Of a DNA stretch of 64,000 nucleotides, positions 11,025 to 23,350 are shown in pieces. The stretch comes from Candidatus Poribacteria bacterium (GTDB lineage: Bacteria; Poribacteria; WGA-4E; WGA-3G): contig CBDBFU010000009.1 in assembly GCA_965205025.1 (NCBI GenBank), forward strand, positions 1-64,000, given 5' to 3'. How positions within the stretch are numbered: the first letter of the stretch is position 1; every line of letters starts with the position of its first letter. The position numbers were made by a program, and so were the translations under genes. The notes below the pieces were generated by a model. The model was given only the letters and a program-made list of their open reading frames with translations. It had not been told where the DNA came from and did no database searches.

Positions 11025-11758
11025 TATAGTGGAAATCATAATTATTTGTACATTTTTACGATTTCATCGATTGACGCTTCAGCATTGTATTCCCATTTAC
11101 GTTTTATGTTCGCGAAATCTCTTTCAATAGGATTGAGTTCAGGCGAATACGGAGGTAAAAAAAGTAAACTCGCACCACAGGCAGCAATCAGCGTAGTGCA
11201 TCTATACCGATTGCTTGAGATTTTATCCGATACGCAAACCCCTCTTGGCGCATAAGCGAACTGACGAACACTTTCTGTGCTAAAACCGCTTTCATCAACA
11301 AAAACAGGTGTTTTTCCGTTCACAAGTGCTGTCTGAAGTTGGGTGAGATAGGCCTCCTGTTTGACTGGGCATTGTTCTTTATAGGAAAATGTCTTTTTTT
11401 CGCGTGCATCCGATCCGCTTCAGACCATAACAGATACACCGCTGTGACACGCCAAAATGTGCAGCACGTTCCTTCTGCGTGCTGTCTGGGAATTCTTTGA
11501 CATGTTCAGCGAGTGCTTCTGGGTCAAGTCGATAAGGTTTACGAGGCCCCGGTTTTTCATAAGTAAAAGGATCTACTGCGTCTAACCAGTTGTAGATAGA
11601 TCTGCGTGAAACTTGAAATCTACGGGAAGCTTCTGCTTTACTACCACCTGCTGCTATGAAATCAAGAACGCGTTTTCGTAAGTCTGGTGAATATCTCATA
11701 ATATAACTATTATCACAAAATCAGAAAAAATGTAAAGGTGTTTTTGCTTTTAACTATA
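11025..11758 (-). mobile_element. IS630-family element, internally deleted
   Basis: Imperfect terminal IRs TATAGTGGAAATCA / rc TATAGTTAAAAGCA bounded by TA; encloses HTH and DDE ORFs. Confidence 0.85.
11042..11699 (-). pseudogene. IS630 transposase: HTH ORF plus truncated DDE ORF joined at an A7G slippery site
   Basis: MRYSPDLRKRV HTH, VFVDESG, FLPPYSPELNPIE; the central DNA..H segment is missing. Confidence 0.85.
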
Positions 11759-11777
11759 ATATATACTTTCAAAATTT

Positions 11778-14700
11778 CTATTGCAAAATATCCTCTATCA
11801 AAAGTGGTTGATCTAATTCTCGGTTTGCCGTTTCAAGTTTTTCACGACTTGAAACAACACATACCGATGCATTATCCTGATTCTCTTCAAATACTTCAAG
11901 TAATGCACGTTTAACTTCAGTCGGAGTAGCACCCAATAGTTGGTTATAACGTGTTTCCCGCATTTCATGTGTCTGTCCTGTAAGGTGTTGACTTAGTGCA
12001 TCACTTGCAGCTTGACTTGGACGTAATGGCTTTTCTGCATCTTTAGCCGTAGCAATAATTGCACGGTCAATATCTATCTGCGACCATTCGACTTGTTTTA
12101 TATAGTCAATTGTCTGTTCAAACACATTTATCGTACGGGCAACATGTGGATCTCTAAACGAGGATTGATACAGGGCACTATCTAATGGACTATAGGTTAA
12201 CCTTGCACCGTAAGCATTTCCTTTGAATCTGATCTCACTTAATATATAATCAAGTCTTAGCAGATGTGTGCCAATAGTCAATAAAGTTGAATCTGGATGT
12301 GAATAATGAGGTGCAGGTATCACATGAGCACAATGTGCGATTTGAATAGGACCTGCTAAACCCTCTCGCGGAGGTGAATTAAACCTATCAAAGGAAATTG
12401 GTTCATCGGTAATATCTCCATCATTCATTGATTCAAGCCACCCCTTAAATTTACTTATGGTTGTGTCATAACCTATATCTGAACCAGTAAAACTTACCGT
12501 AACTCGACTTCTGTTTAGTATGAAATCGCGAATCTCTTCTATGTGACACATAAGGTCTGAATTTAGTTCATCAAAATCGCTAAGTAGTGTTTCACTACTA
12601 CGTAGTTGTGGAAGTCCGTAAACTAATTCAGATAAGTGCCCTTGGGGTGATAAACCACGTGCAGCATGATGAATTGCAGTACTTGATCCATCTTGGACCA
12701 TCTCCGTACGGTATTCAGCAACTGCCTGTAATAATACATCCTGTAGACGTTCTTTATCTCTTGGATTTACTGCGAAAATGACATCATGAAGTACATCAAG
12801 AGCTTCATCGATCTTTACATCAAGTGCTTTTAAACTGAATCGTAAGTTCAACAATGATCTACTTGAATCAACAGTATGTGTACTGAAGCCTACCCCACAA
12901 CCAATTCCACCTGTTACAGCAGATTTTCGTCTTGCTAATTGTTCATAATTCATATCTCCCGCACCTAACTTTCCAACCGCATCAGTGTATCTGGGTAAAT
13001 AAGACCACAAATGTTGAGGTAAGCCGTGTAAGTCAAAGTTCAGAATTAGATAGTTTACACCATTTGCAAAAACATCGCTACGAAGGATGTTTCGACCTAC
13101 TACTTCATCAACTACTGTTGGAATATGTTTTGGTTTTTCGGGGAGATCACTAACCTTGAGCTGTGGTAATTTCGCTAATGCTTCAGGAGGATTAGGCTGC
13201 CCATTCATTCTATCAAGTTCAGCAGCATCAGTAGCAATCTTCAATGCCTCTTCATCTGACAATTGTGCCCGTATCTCTTTCGTTCGTTTTTCCAATTTAG
13301 CGTCTACTTCAGCTTGCATATTCTGGTCGGGAGATAATACATTTGTCAATCTATGTTGATTATCAATCAATCTATCCTGGATCAAATCATTAAATAGACT
13401 TGGATTATCTTCCCATCGTTTACGGATAGTTGCAAGACTTTCTCCCATCTTCAAGAATGTATCCGTATCATTTTTATACATCCATGCTTCAATTACACGG
13501 AACAAGATTCGTAATGGGAACATTGGGGATACTTCTTGATAATGATATGTTGATTGTTGAAATGCCGCTTCAACAAGTGAACTATCTATTACATTCTCAG
13601 CGAGTTTAGACAAAGTATTTATAACTAATTTGGTATATGCATCAACTCTATCTGCTTCACTCCCTTTAAGACCAAGATAGAAAGTACTGTTAGGTCCTAT
13701 AGAACTTACACCAGAAAAAATCAGATCAGCCCCTAATTTTGAATCAATAATAGCTTTTTTCAAAGGTGCTGCTTCATTCCCAAGTAGTATTAGACTCAGA
13801 ATATAGCACATTGCTACATCTTCTGGATCCGTAGCATCTCCAATAAGCCAACTCAATAATAGGTAAGTCTTCTCAGTGAGAGTCTCATCAGGAGCAACTG
13901 GATAGCTACCTGAAATAATTTGTGGTGAATCCCATCTGGGTTGGTGCGTTACGTCTGGATTGAGAGGATTAAGAGTGGCAATAGTCTCATCTTTCGGTAT
14001 GTTTTGAAGTTTTTCTGTAAGAAAAGCCAAGTAATCTGTTGTAGGAATATCTCCATATAGAAAGAAATAACTGTTACTTGGGTGGTAATAAGTTTTGTGA
14101 AAACCTGTCAGTTGTTCGTAAGTCAAGTCAGGTATAGCTTCTGGATCTCCCCCTGATTCCTTAGCATATAAGGTATCTGGTAGAAGTTGATTTGTCATAG
14201 ACCGATATAACTTGGATTCAGGATCAGAGAATGCCCCTTTCATCTCATTATAGACAATACCTGTTATCTTTAAATCTCCAGTTGGATCTTCAGGATCAAC
14301 TGGTGCAAGATGATGTCCTTCCCTTTTGAATGTCTCTTCGGTCAGTAGGGGATGAAAAACAGCATCAAAATAAACTTCAGCTAAGTTGAATAAGTCTTTC
14401 TTAACATTACTTGCAACAGGATAATAGGTATGGTCCGAAGCTGTCATAGCATTTATAAAAGTCGCCATACTCATCTTAATCATTTCAAAGAATGGCTCTT
14501 TCACAGGGAATTTTTGTGATCCGGCTAAGACTGCATGTTCTAAGATATGGGGAACACCTGTATCGTCTGTTGGGGGAGTAGGGAAATTAATAGAGAATAA
14601 GTTTTCAGTATCGTTTGTATATAGGTGCAACAAACGAGCACCACTGTATTCGTGGAATAATTCAATTGTAACTGCTCTCAATTCGTCTATAGGGGTAATT

Positions 14701-14795
14701 GCCTTTACCGTAAACCCGTTGATGTTCTGTCCTATTTCTATATCTATAGGCGGGTGTTGTAACCCGCCATTCCCATTTGAAAGTTTCGTTTCCAT
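11778..14795 (-). CDS. M16C insulinase-family metallopeptidase (presequence protease/PreP-like)
   Basis: GVPHILEHAVLAGS, FINAMT, VYNEMKG, IRFKGNAYG, SFRDP. Confidence 0.93.
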   Translation of the reverse strand: METKLSNGNGGLQHPPIDIEIGQNINGFTVKAITPIDELRAVTIELFHEYSGARLLHLYTNDTENLFSINFPTPPTDDTGVPHILEHAVLAGSQKFPVKEPFFEMIKMSMATFINAMTASDHTYYPVASNVKKDLFNLAEVYFDAVFHPLLTEETFKREGHHLAPVDPEDPTGDLKITGIVYNEMKGAFSDPESKLYRSMTNQLLPDTLYAKESGGDPEAIPDLTYEQLTGFHKTYYHPSNSYFFLYGDIPTTDYLAFLTEKLQNIPKDETIATLNPLNPDVTHQPRWDSPQIISGSYPVAPDETLTEKTYLLLSWLIGDATDPEDVAMCYILSLILLGNEAAPLKKAIIDSKLGADLIFSGVSSIGPNSTFYLGLKGSEADRVDAYTKLVINTLSKLAENVIDSSLVEAAFQQSTYHYQEVSPMFPLRILFRVIEAWMYKNDTDTFLKMGESLATIRKRWEDNPSLFNDLIQDRLIDNQHRLTNVLSPDQNMQAEVDAKLEKRTKEIRAQLSDEEALKIATDAAELDRMNGQPNPPEALAKLPQLKVSDLPEKPKHIPTVVDEVVGRNILRSDVFANGVNYLILNFDLHGLPQHLWSYLPRYTDAVGKLGAGDMNYEQLARRKSAVTGGIGCGVGFSTHTVDSSRSLLNLRFSLKALDVKIDEALDVLHDVIFAVNPRDKERLQDVLLQAVAEYRTEMVQDGSSTAIHHAARGLSPQGHLSELVYGLPQLRSSETLLSDFDELNSDLMCHIEEIRDFILNRSRVTVSFTGSDIGYDTTISKFKGWLESMNDGDITDEPISFDRFNSPPREGLAGPIQIAHCAHVIPAPHYSHPDSTLLTIGTHLLRLDYILSEIRFKGNAYGARLTYSPLDSALYQSSFRDPHVARTINVFEQTIDYIKQVEWSQIDIDRAIIATAKDAEKPLRPSQAASDALSQHLTGQTHEMRETRYNQLLGATPTEVKRALLEVFEENQDNASVCVVSSREKLETANRELDQPLLIEDILQ

Positions 14796-14842
14796 TATAG
14801 TCTCCAGATTTTCATTTATGTTATTAATAAATTGGTTTGAAT

Positions 14843-17800
14843 CTATGAAATTAAGTCTTTTATTATTAGTGGCTCATCCAATTTCTTATTCTCGGTTTCA
14901 ATTTTATCTCTACTTGCAATTACACATATTGATGCTTTCTCTTCATTTTTTTCAATTGTCTCAAGAAGGACTCGTTTCACTTCTTTCGGTGTTGCATTAA
15001 GGACTTTTGCATACCGTTCCTCTATAATCTCATTAGATTGTCCAACGATATAGTTGAACATGGATTTTGATGAAGCATTACTGGGTTTTGTATATTGTAG
15101 GTATTCTGATGCAGATGAAATAATAGTCCTATCAATATCAGTTTGAGTCCATTCTACCTGTTTGATATAGTCTTTTGTATCATCAAATACTTTTAGAGTC
15201 CGCGAAATATGAGGATCAAAACTTGAACCTTGGCATAATAATGATTCATAAGGATGGTATGAGAATTCCCAACCATAAGCGTTCCCTTTAAGTCGTATCT
15301 CTGGGAACATATAATCAAAGGATATTAGTTCAGTTCCAATTGTTAATAGGATTGAATCTGGATGTGAGTAATGTGGAGCCGACATTATCCGTGAACAATG
15401 TGCAATTTGAATTGGAGCTGTAATACCCTCATTGGTAGGTGAATCAAAAGGACTAAAATCTATATGTGAGGACTCAATTGGTTCATTTCGCATATTGTCA
15501 ATCCATTTTGAATAATGACTTTGTACCTTTTCATACGCCAAATCACAACCAGTAAAACTTGCAGTAACACGTTCTTTTAATAAGATAAAGTCTCTAATTT
15601 CTTCTATATGTCCGCATAATTCTTCGAAAGAATTATCAAAATCCTCTTGTAATGACCAAGTTATTTGGTGTTGAGGTGAACCGTATATGATCTCATTTAG
15701 ATGTGCATGAAGATTTATTCCACGAGCAGCATGACGTTTTGGTATATTTGGACCATGATAACCGTGTACCTGATTCTGATATCCAATTACAGATTGTTTC
15801 AGCACTTCGTTAAGTCTTCCATAATCGTTTGGATTCACATGAAAAATCAAATCACTCAATATATCTAATGCTTCATCTATCTTATCATCAAGAAATTTCA
15901 GATGGAATTGTAGATTCCAAATAGATTGATCTGGATCACCTGTATGGGTTCTTAGATCTATTGAGCATCCTATTCCTCCAGTCGAAGCAGCTTTACCTCT
16001 GGCAATTTCTTCGTATGTGTAATTGGCTGTTCCGAGTTTTTCTATTGCATCGGTATATCTTGGCAAATATTGCCACAAATGTTGAGGTAACCCTTGTAAA
16101 TCGAAATTCAAAACAAGGTAATTAACTCCATTTGAATAAATATCATTTCGTAGTATAGGACGTCCATTTACTATTTCAATTGTTGTCGGTGTGTCTATAG
16201 GTTTCTTGGGGAGATCAGAGGTCTGTAATTGCGGTAATATTGCAAAATCCTCAGGGGAATTCGTTTCACTATTGAGCTTTTCAAGTTCAATGGCTTCGGC
16301 AGCGATCTCTTTCAATTGTTCATCTGTAAGTTGAGAACGAATTAATTTCAAACGTTCACTCTCTTCAGAATCAATTCTTGACTGCATACCTGGATCAGGT
16401 GTCAGTATTACCGTCAATCGATGTGGATTATCCAGAAACCATTCTCGAATTAATTCATTAAAAATGTTTGGATTCTTCTCCCATCTTTTCCTAACATTAG
16501 AGATATGTTTTCTCATCTCTAAAAAGAGGGTTGGTTCTTTTTCATATATCCATGTGTTAACAACATTCACCATAATTCTAAATGGAAAGTTTGGAGAAAT
16601 CTCTTGATAGTTGTAGATAATTTGTTGAAAAGCGGTTTCAACGATTTCTTTATCAATCTCATTATCTGCAATATTGGTTAATGTATCAATAACTAATTCT
16701 GTAAATTCATCCACATGTTCCGCCTCACTCCCTACCAGACCAACACAAAATGTGGTTTGAGGTCCTGTATGACCATCAAGTGTATTTATTTGGATATCAG
16801 CACCAAGTTTCGATTCAAGAATTGCCTTGTGAAGAGGTGCTCCAGTATTCCCAATCAATATTCTGTTTATTATATTGAATAAGATGCGTTCTTCAGGATT
16901 CGTAGCATCTCCTATGAGCCAACTTAGCATTAAATAGGTCTTTTCACTAAGAGATTCTTCTGAACCTATAGGGTAGGTATTTCTTTCAATTCGCGGTGAA
17001 TCCCATTTTGATTGAATTGTAATTTCTGGTCGTAGAGGATTAAGAAATTCTTCTGAATTATTACTTGGAATATCATCTAATTTATCTGCAAAAAATTGGA
17101 GGAATTCTGTTGTAGGTATATTTCCATAGAAGAAGAAATAACTATTGGTGGGATGATAATATGTCTTGTGATATGTCTTAAATTCCTCGTATGTTAAATC
17201 TGGCATCACCAATGAATTACCACCACCATTCTTTGCATAGCATGTATCTGGTAATAATGCTTCATTCATAGTTATATACAAACAACCTTCCGGACTGGAT
17301 AAACTATTCTTCACTTCATTATAGACAATCCCATTAATTTTTATCTCTCCAGTAGGTTGATTTGGATCTACAGGTTCAAGATGGTGTCCTTCACGTTTGA
17401 AGGTCTCCTCCGTCAGTAGTGGATTAAAGACACAATCAAAAAATACCTCTGCAAGATTAAATAGGTCTTTTTTAACGATACTTGAACAGTAATAGAATGC
17501 ATGATCTATATAGTTCATTGCATTCGTACTATCGTATGTCGCAAGACTCCTCTTCATTATCTCAAAGAACACCTCTTTTATTGGAAAATTGCGCGAACCT
17601 GACATGACTGAATGTTCAAGAATATGTTGTAATCCTGTATCATCAAAGGTAGGAGTAGTTGGACTGATAGAAATCCAGTTTTTTGGATCGTCAATATAGA
17701 AATGGAATAGTCTGGCACCACTATGGGAGTGTTCAAGTTCTATGGTGATCGCACGTAATTCCTCAATTGGAGTTATATTTTTTACATCAAAGCCATGTGT

Positions 17801-17881
17801 CTTTTGACCTGGAATCAGGTCAACCGGTGGTAACGAAGTTTCACCATTACCTTGTAAAATATTTGAATTTATTCTCGACAT
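14843..17881 (-). CDS. M16C presequence-protease-like paralog
   Basis: GLQHILEHSVMSGS, VYNEVKN, IRLKGNAYG; colinear with the neighbour. Confidence 0.9.
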   Translation of the reverse strand: MSRINSNILQGNGETSLPPVDLIPGQKTHGFDVKNITPIEELRAITIELEHSHSGARLFHFYIDDPKNWISISPTTPTFDDTGLQHILEHSVMSGSRNFPIKEVFFEIMKRSLATYDSTNAMNYIDHAFYYCSSIVKKDLFNLAEVFFDCVFNPLLTEETFKREGHHLEPVDPNQPTGEIKINGIVYNEVKNSLSSPEGCLYITMNEALLPDTCYAKNGGGNSLVMPDLTYEEFKTYHKTYYHPTNSYFFFYGNIPTTEFLQFFADKLDDIPSNNSEEFLNPLRPEITIQSKWDSPRIERNTYPIGSEESLSEKTYLMLSWLIGDATNPEERILFNIINRILIGNTGAPLHKAILESKLGADIQINTLDGHTGPQTTFCVGLVGSEAEHVDEFTELVIDTLTNIADNEIDKEIVETAFQQIIYNYQEISPNFPFRIMVNVVNTWIYEKEPTLFLEMRKHISNVRKRWEKNPNIFNELIREWFLDNPHRLTVILTPDPGMQSRIDSEESERLKLIRSQLTDEQLKEIAAEAIELEKLNSETNSPEDFAILPQLQTSDLPKKPIDTPTTIEIVNGRPILRNDIYSNGVNYLVLNFDLQGLPQHLWQYLPRYTDAIEKLGTANYTYEEIARGKAASTGGIGCSIDLRTHTGDPDQSIWNLQFHLKFLDDKIDEALDILSDLIFHVNPNDYGRLNEVLKQSVIGYQNQVHGYHGPNIPKRHAARGINLHAHLNEIIYGSPQHQITWSLQEDFDNSFEELCGHIEEIRDFILLKERVTASFTGCDLAYEKVQSHYSKWIDNMRNEPIESSHIDFSPFDSPTNEGITAPIQIAHCSRIMSAPHYSHPDSILLTIGTELISFDYMFPEIRLKGNAYGWEFSYHPYESLLCQGSSFDPHISRTLKVFDDTKDYIKQVEWTQTDIDRTIISSASEYLQYTKPSNASSKSMFNYIVGQSNEIIEERYAKVLNATPKEVKRVLLETIEKNEEKASICVIASRDKIETENKKLDEPLIIKDLIS

Positions 17882-17938
17882 TAATATGTTAATCCTCGTA
17901 TGTATTTTATTTTTTACTTGTAAGTGAACTGTTAATGT

Positions 17939-19253
17939 TTATTCTTGTTCTAAGCTTGCACAGATTAATTCATTATCATTTCGCGCAAATACGTGCTTAT
18001 ATGCGTATGCAGGATGAGACCAGGTAACCCCACCTCTTTGGTTTAGTTGGTCCCGAGTTGGTTCAATTAATTTTGCCCGACTAATGATATTCAGTCCTTC
18101 AGGAGTAAGTTCTGTGATGAGTAATTCACCTTCCTCATTAAACATCCACACCTTATCATCATTCTTAACCATATGAATTGTACTCCATCTTGCAACACGT
18201 ACAGCAGATAGATCTTCCCAAATACGATCCCCGGTTTGTGAATCTAAACACCGAAGTTCTCCATAACTATCCACACCGTAGATATTATTACCAATCCATA
18301 CTGGCGTTGACATTGTTGTTTGAATGGCATCCGTATTACGTTCATCTTTTCCTCTTCTATGCCACACAAGTTCATAATCCAATTTATCTGATGATAGTTT
18401 TAAAAGTGCTGCCCCTTCATAGAAGTTGGTAACAAATATATGATTATCGTGATATATAGGAGTTGCTATACCAATTTCCCAATTTGTTGGTGGTATATGG
18501 TATTTCCAATGTACAGTTCCAGTATTCGGATCTAATGCCGCAAGATTATGTCCTGTCCAACAAATCAATACCTGTTGTCCGGCTTGTGTAATCAAAATCG
18601 GTGCAGAATACGAGGCATTATCTTCCAACGCTCTCCATTTTTCTTCACCCGATTTACTATCAAATGCTACAATACATGCATCCGGTTTACCCCCGATTTG
18701 AACAATTACCAAATCATCAATTACGATCGGTGCACATGCGATTCCCCATATAGGCATATGAATATTATATTCTGCACTTAAATCTTTCTTCCATTTTATT
18801 TCACCAGTTGCTGCATCAAAAACAGTGAAGATGTCCCATTGCTCCTAATGCGAATGCCAACCCATCCTGAACAGTTACATTTGCTCGAGGTCCTGCAGCA
18901 TAATCTATCCTGTAAATGCAGTCATAGGAATAAGACCAAATTTCGTCCCCGGTTTCCCAATCAAAACAGAGTACACGTTCAATATGCTTGGGTTTGGTTA
19001 GTTTATCCGTAACATAAACACGTCCATTCGCAACTGTGGGACCACTATAACCACTTCCTATTGGAACACTCCATCGGTGAGGAATCTGATTTTCATCAAA
19101 TTCAGAAAGTAAACCAGTTTCATTCCAGATACCGTCGCGGTTTTCGCCACGCCATTGAGGCCAACCTTCAGCAGAAGAAGTAATAATAGGCACTGTTATA
19201 AGTAAGAGAATAATACTAATGAGACAAAATAATGTTTTCATAATCTTACACAA
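17939..19253 (-). CDS. Secreted PQQ-like beta-propeller protein, split by a one-base insertion near 18820
   Basis: WPQWRG, GSGYSGP, TWSHPA; removing one T from CAC TGT TTT T GAT restores HCFDAATG. Confidence 0.82.
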
Positions 19254-19584
19254 AACTCCCTTAGAGAATACTCATGGATATATTCACTTTATTATAAAGT
19301 TGGGGTAGTATAATTGGATTAGGTGAAAAATACTATGTTCTTCTTTATATTTAATCAATCTACCTACACATATTTTATCTGAAGATATTAAGTATGTCAA
19401 TGTAAAAGGTTTATCGTGAATGTAAAGTTTCTGACATATTTCTGATTGTTAAAAAGGCATAAAAACAAATATTTAATCCTAATATACAGAGAAAAAACAG
19501 TGTATAAAAATAGACATTTAATCCTAAATACTCAGACAGTAGATCGTGTTGTTGTTGCATTTCTCTGTGTGTCGAAAAAATGAA

Positions 19585-19680
19585 AAAAGTTACACTTTTT
19601 GTCACACGGTGTGACATTGAAATCGATGTAAATTACCCCTATAACCCCTGTCATAGACTGACTTTATTCCAGTTTGAACT
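19585..19680 (-). repeat. Dispersed noncoding element, copy A
   Basis: rc reads CAATGTCACACCGTGTGACAAAAAGTGTAACTTTTT, matching ~50578-50614 and, more loosely, ~50204-50242. Confidence 0.75.
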
Positions 19681-19946
19681 TGATTTATAAGAAATTCGAA
19701 AAAGTGTGATTTTGTGTTTTTGTTGTCCTTTCTGATTTTGACATTCCCAACGGATAAAATGGTATGTTTTTTTGACGTATATGAAACTTTGTAATTAGGA
19801 TCGTTTTTATAGAAAGTCATCATTTATTTCTCCATATAATTTTGCATAAATATATTTCATTTTGATAAATATTATTAATGTGTTTTTCTGTTTTTGTCAT
19901 ATATGTATGTTAGATGTTAGAGATGGGTATTTTCTTCATTTTTTAT

Positions 19947-20060
19947 ATGAAGATTAAGAAAATATTTCGGTAATTCTAATTTTCCCAAACCCGGTAGGTG
20001 CGGTTTCCTAACCGCACTGTATCTTTTTCAAAATTACAGAATTAAAAAATTAATCTTCAT
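19947..20060. mobile_element. MITE-like unit enclosing a GTAG REP-like hairpin
   Basis: Terminal IR ATGAAGATTAA / TTAATCTTCAT; inner GTAGGTGCGGTTTCCTAACCGCAC. Confidence 0.6.
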
Positions 20061-20491
20061 TTAAAAATGATTGATCAGTTTCATTTGATACATGCTAAAA
20101 AAATAACTATACACACCCCTGCCTATGCCGAACTCATTCTAAAAAATGCATAGTGCATCCGAAGTTGTGTATAAATGAACCACTGCCTGTAAGAATCACA
20201 TTCCATTACGAATATATTAAGATAACTTGAGTAAGGAAAACAGATAACTGTTAAGTTACTAAACGGGCAGAATTTATAATCGTTGATTGTAAAATCTGAT
20301 ACACGTGGTTATATTTTTCAGATAATACAGTTTTAGCAAGCGGGAGTTATGATGGTACTATAGTCCTTTGGAACATAAAACCCTACATAGACTCATAAAA
20401 ACTTCAAACTTTTCTGGTGTGTTAGATAATAATTCAACTCCTAAACAAGTAATCAATGCGAATTTGATGAATAGCTGGGAGGACAAAGTTT

Positions 20492-22522
20492 ATGCAAAAC
20501 AGTGAAAAATGGTCTCCTGTTCTAATACAGCCTTGAAAACAGTGATATAACGACGTGGGCACTTCCTGAAGGAGCGATTGCACGATTAGGACAAGGGGAC
20601 ATGATGGACGATATAAGTCCACAACCAATTGCACCATCGCCAGATGGGAGATATATCGCTGTAGGCAATACAATAGGGGTTTGGTGGTATGATGTTTCCA
20701 CCATGACACCTGTCACCTTCTGGGACACAGGGCGCGGATGGATTACTGCTATAGCTTTTTCACCCAATGGAAAATGGCTTGCAACTGGTGACGGGGAAGG
20801 TGTAGTCAAAATATGGGATATACAGCACGGTAACTGTGTTACCAAGATGAAACGAGATGAGACGAAGAAAACAGAGCAAAATGTGTCTGGAGTCAATTTT
20901 GTATCACATTTAGGTTTTTCACCTGACGGTCAATACATTGCATCTTCTGGCTGCTCAGACTATATTGTATATGTTTGGCACACAACAACAAGTGAACAGA
21001 TTTTTAAGTTTCATATCGAGACCAATTTCAAATGGGTACATGGTTCACCCCGTCCTATTGCCTTCTCCGCTGACGGTAGACTGCTGACATGCACAATGCC
21101 TGACTACAACTTACTGGCATGTGCAGACACTAACGATAGAATCCGAGTCCCTGAATACTCTTTTAACTACATTACGGTATGGGATTTAAAGACCGGAGAA
21201 CAGGTCGCTTGCCTTACAGAACCAGGTGATTTCGCAGAGAACTTATGCTTTTCTCCGTGCGGTCAGTTTCTTGTATCAGGTGGTAAGAAGGGCGGGATTA
21301 GGGTATGGACACTTGCTAATTGGGAACTCACACAAGAATACCGCAATTATGGCACAGATCCCAAGAAAGTCTTCTATTCACCAGAGAACGTCCTATATGC
21401 TGCAGTAGCCTCTGATGATACACTCACCGTGTGGGATGTAGAAAGCGGTGAAAAGTCCAATACGTACCTTGAAGCACATCATGGTATTCAAGGTAACCAC
21501 TTCCCAAGGAATGTCCATTCGTCTATGTAACTGAAAGTGAATTTAAGGTATGGAATGTCGGCGACTCCCATCCTAAGACATTTAGTTATTCGTATATCGG
21601 TATACCTGATCCCCTCGCCTTTTCTCAGGATGGAAAAACCCTTGCTGCGTCATGTTCGGGAAATACATTGAGGTTCTACGACACTGATAATCTCTCCCAA
21701 CCTCCAAGTCGTTTTAACAAAGCGCGGGGAAACTTCACTTTTTCTAAGTCACCGATGGGAAAATTGTATGCCACTGCACCTGTGCAGGGAACTCCTGAGC
21801 AGGGAACTACGAAAGGACGGATTATAAGTGTATGGGAAATTGGAAACGACAAGATACCTATCACTTCTTTCTCGTTCCCTGAGCAAGAAAATAAAATTGC
21901 CTTGAACAGTTCAGTATTCGCACCGACAAACAACTTGATTGCTTGTGGGGATAATGAAGGTACGCTTTATGTGTGGAATGTGGAACAGCAGAAGATGTTA
22001 CACCAACTCAAAGCACACCCCTCGTGGATAAATGTAATTACATTTAGTCCAAACGAAAAACAACTTGTGAGTATCAGTTTTTATGGTGGGACTGAATCTC
22101 GAATGTGGGATGTTGAAAGCGGTGAGGCAATTGAAGCGTTTCCAAATAAAACCCCGGACATCGCTTTTTCACCATGTAGTTCCATTGTCGCTTGTTGTGG
22201 AGAAGATGAGATTCTTTTATGGGATATTGAGCGTCGTGAAATCGTTAAGACCATTCCTCACCCGGAGGATAGTTGGGGACCACTGTATGTGTTAGCCTTT
22301 TCACCGTGTGGACGCTATCTTGCTTCCTGCACAAGGTGGGATGAGTGGATGGATAACATGCTAATTAGCTTGTGGGATATCGCAAGCAGTGAAAATGTCG
22401 TCACTTTTCGAGGACACAGTAGTGATATTCAGGACATCGCATTCTCACCAGATGGGACAATATTGGCAAGTGGCAGTTATGATAAAACCATTCTCCTCTG
22501 GGATATGACACCTTTCCTATAA
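20492..22522 (+). CDS. WD40-repeat protein with frameshifts near 20533 and 21510
   Basis: GGAGG RBS, then ATG 20492; TTWALPEGAIARLGQG, many FSPDG/WD repeats; fragments 20601-21530 and 21668-22522 join by single indels. Confidence 0.8.
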
Positions 22523-22768
22523 TGATAACCGTTCCTAATTCCCGCTTGTCTCTGTCTCAGTGGTGCCCTTCTTGGCATAGTCGGTGGATGGCTTTTTGCC
22601 CGCATAATGATAATATAAATATAACTATTGTGAACAACTTCATCCAGTCTGAATTTCGAAAATTACAGATTATTCTTCACTACTATAATTTTAACAATTC
22701 TAATTCCGGAGAAACTGAGTATCTAATGATCAGTCTATTTTCATTAAGTTTTCTATATCAAAAATACC

Positions 22769-22842
22769 GTACTCCAGCGGGGTACTATGTGTCTATAGAA
22801 AACAATATCGGAACAGTCTGGCACTCCAGCGGAGTGCGATGT
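22769..22842 (+). repeat. REP-like hairpin doublet
   Basis: ACTCCAGCGGGGT..GTCTATAGAAA..GCACTCCAGCGGAGTGC. Confidence 0.75.
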
Positions 22843-23185
22843 CCTAATACACTTCGTATGAAAAACATATAAGTATTTAATACACACTTAAGTTATAATA
22901 TAATTAACGAATGTGATTCACGGAGAATTGGTCTAATTGAAATTATAAACCCTTATAGAATAAGGGCTCGTAAAATTGCTCCGTGAAGGTTTCCGTGAAA
23001 GTGTATACACTTCAAGACGATAAAAATTAACAGTTTTTTACAATACATAGTATCAATACATCTAAAATATCTGGAGTTGAGATGAATACTAAAGATGATA
23101 CTTGAGATAAAAATTGGTATCCAAGTACGATAGTATCGTAATGTTTAGTGACAAAAATTTTACATACCCTATTCTGACAATTCAC

Positions 23186-23214
23186 TTGATGAAAAACGTG
23201 AAAACTGCTATATT
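23186..23214 (+). promoter_or_regulatory. Putative sigma70 promoter of the molybdoenzyme operon
   Basis: TTGATG-17 nt-TATATT with extended -10 TG. Confidence 0.45.
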
Positions 23215-23350
23215 CTGCATAGATTATACATCTTGTATGTTTATGGTTAATTGCATATAAAACACATTAGATGCGAAGGTATTCATGACATTAGGAATTG
23301 CGATTATTGACCATAACATATAAGGAATTCACAATAAAAGGAGGGAAGGT

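Noticed and set aside
22522-22872. 116-aa ORF after the WD40 gene
   Set aside because: Runs through a REP doublet and has no recognisable motif
23000-23350. Moco riboswitch upstream of the molybdoenzyme operon
   Set aside because: AT-rich leader with no recognisable conserved structure
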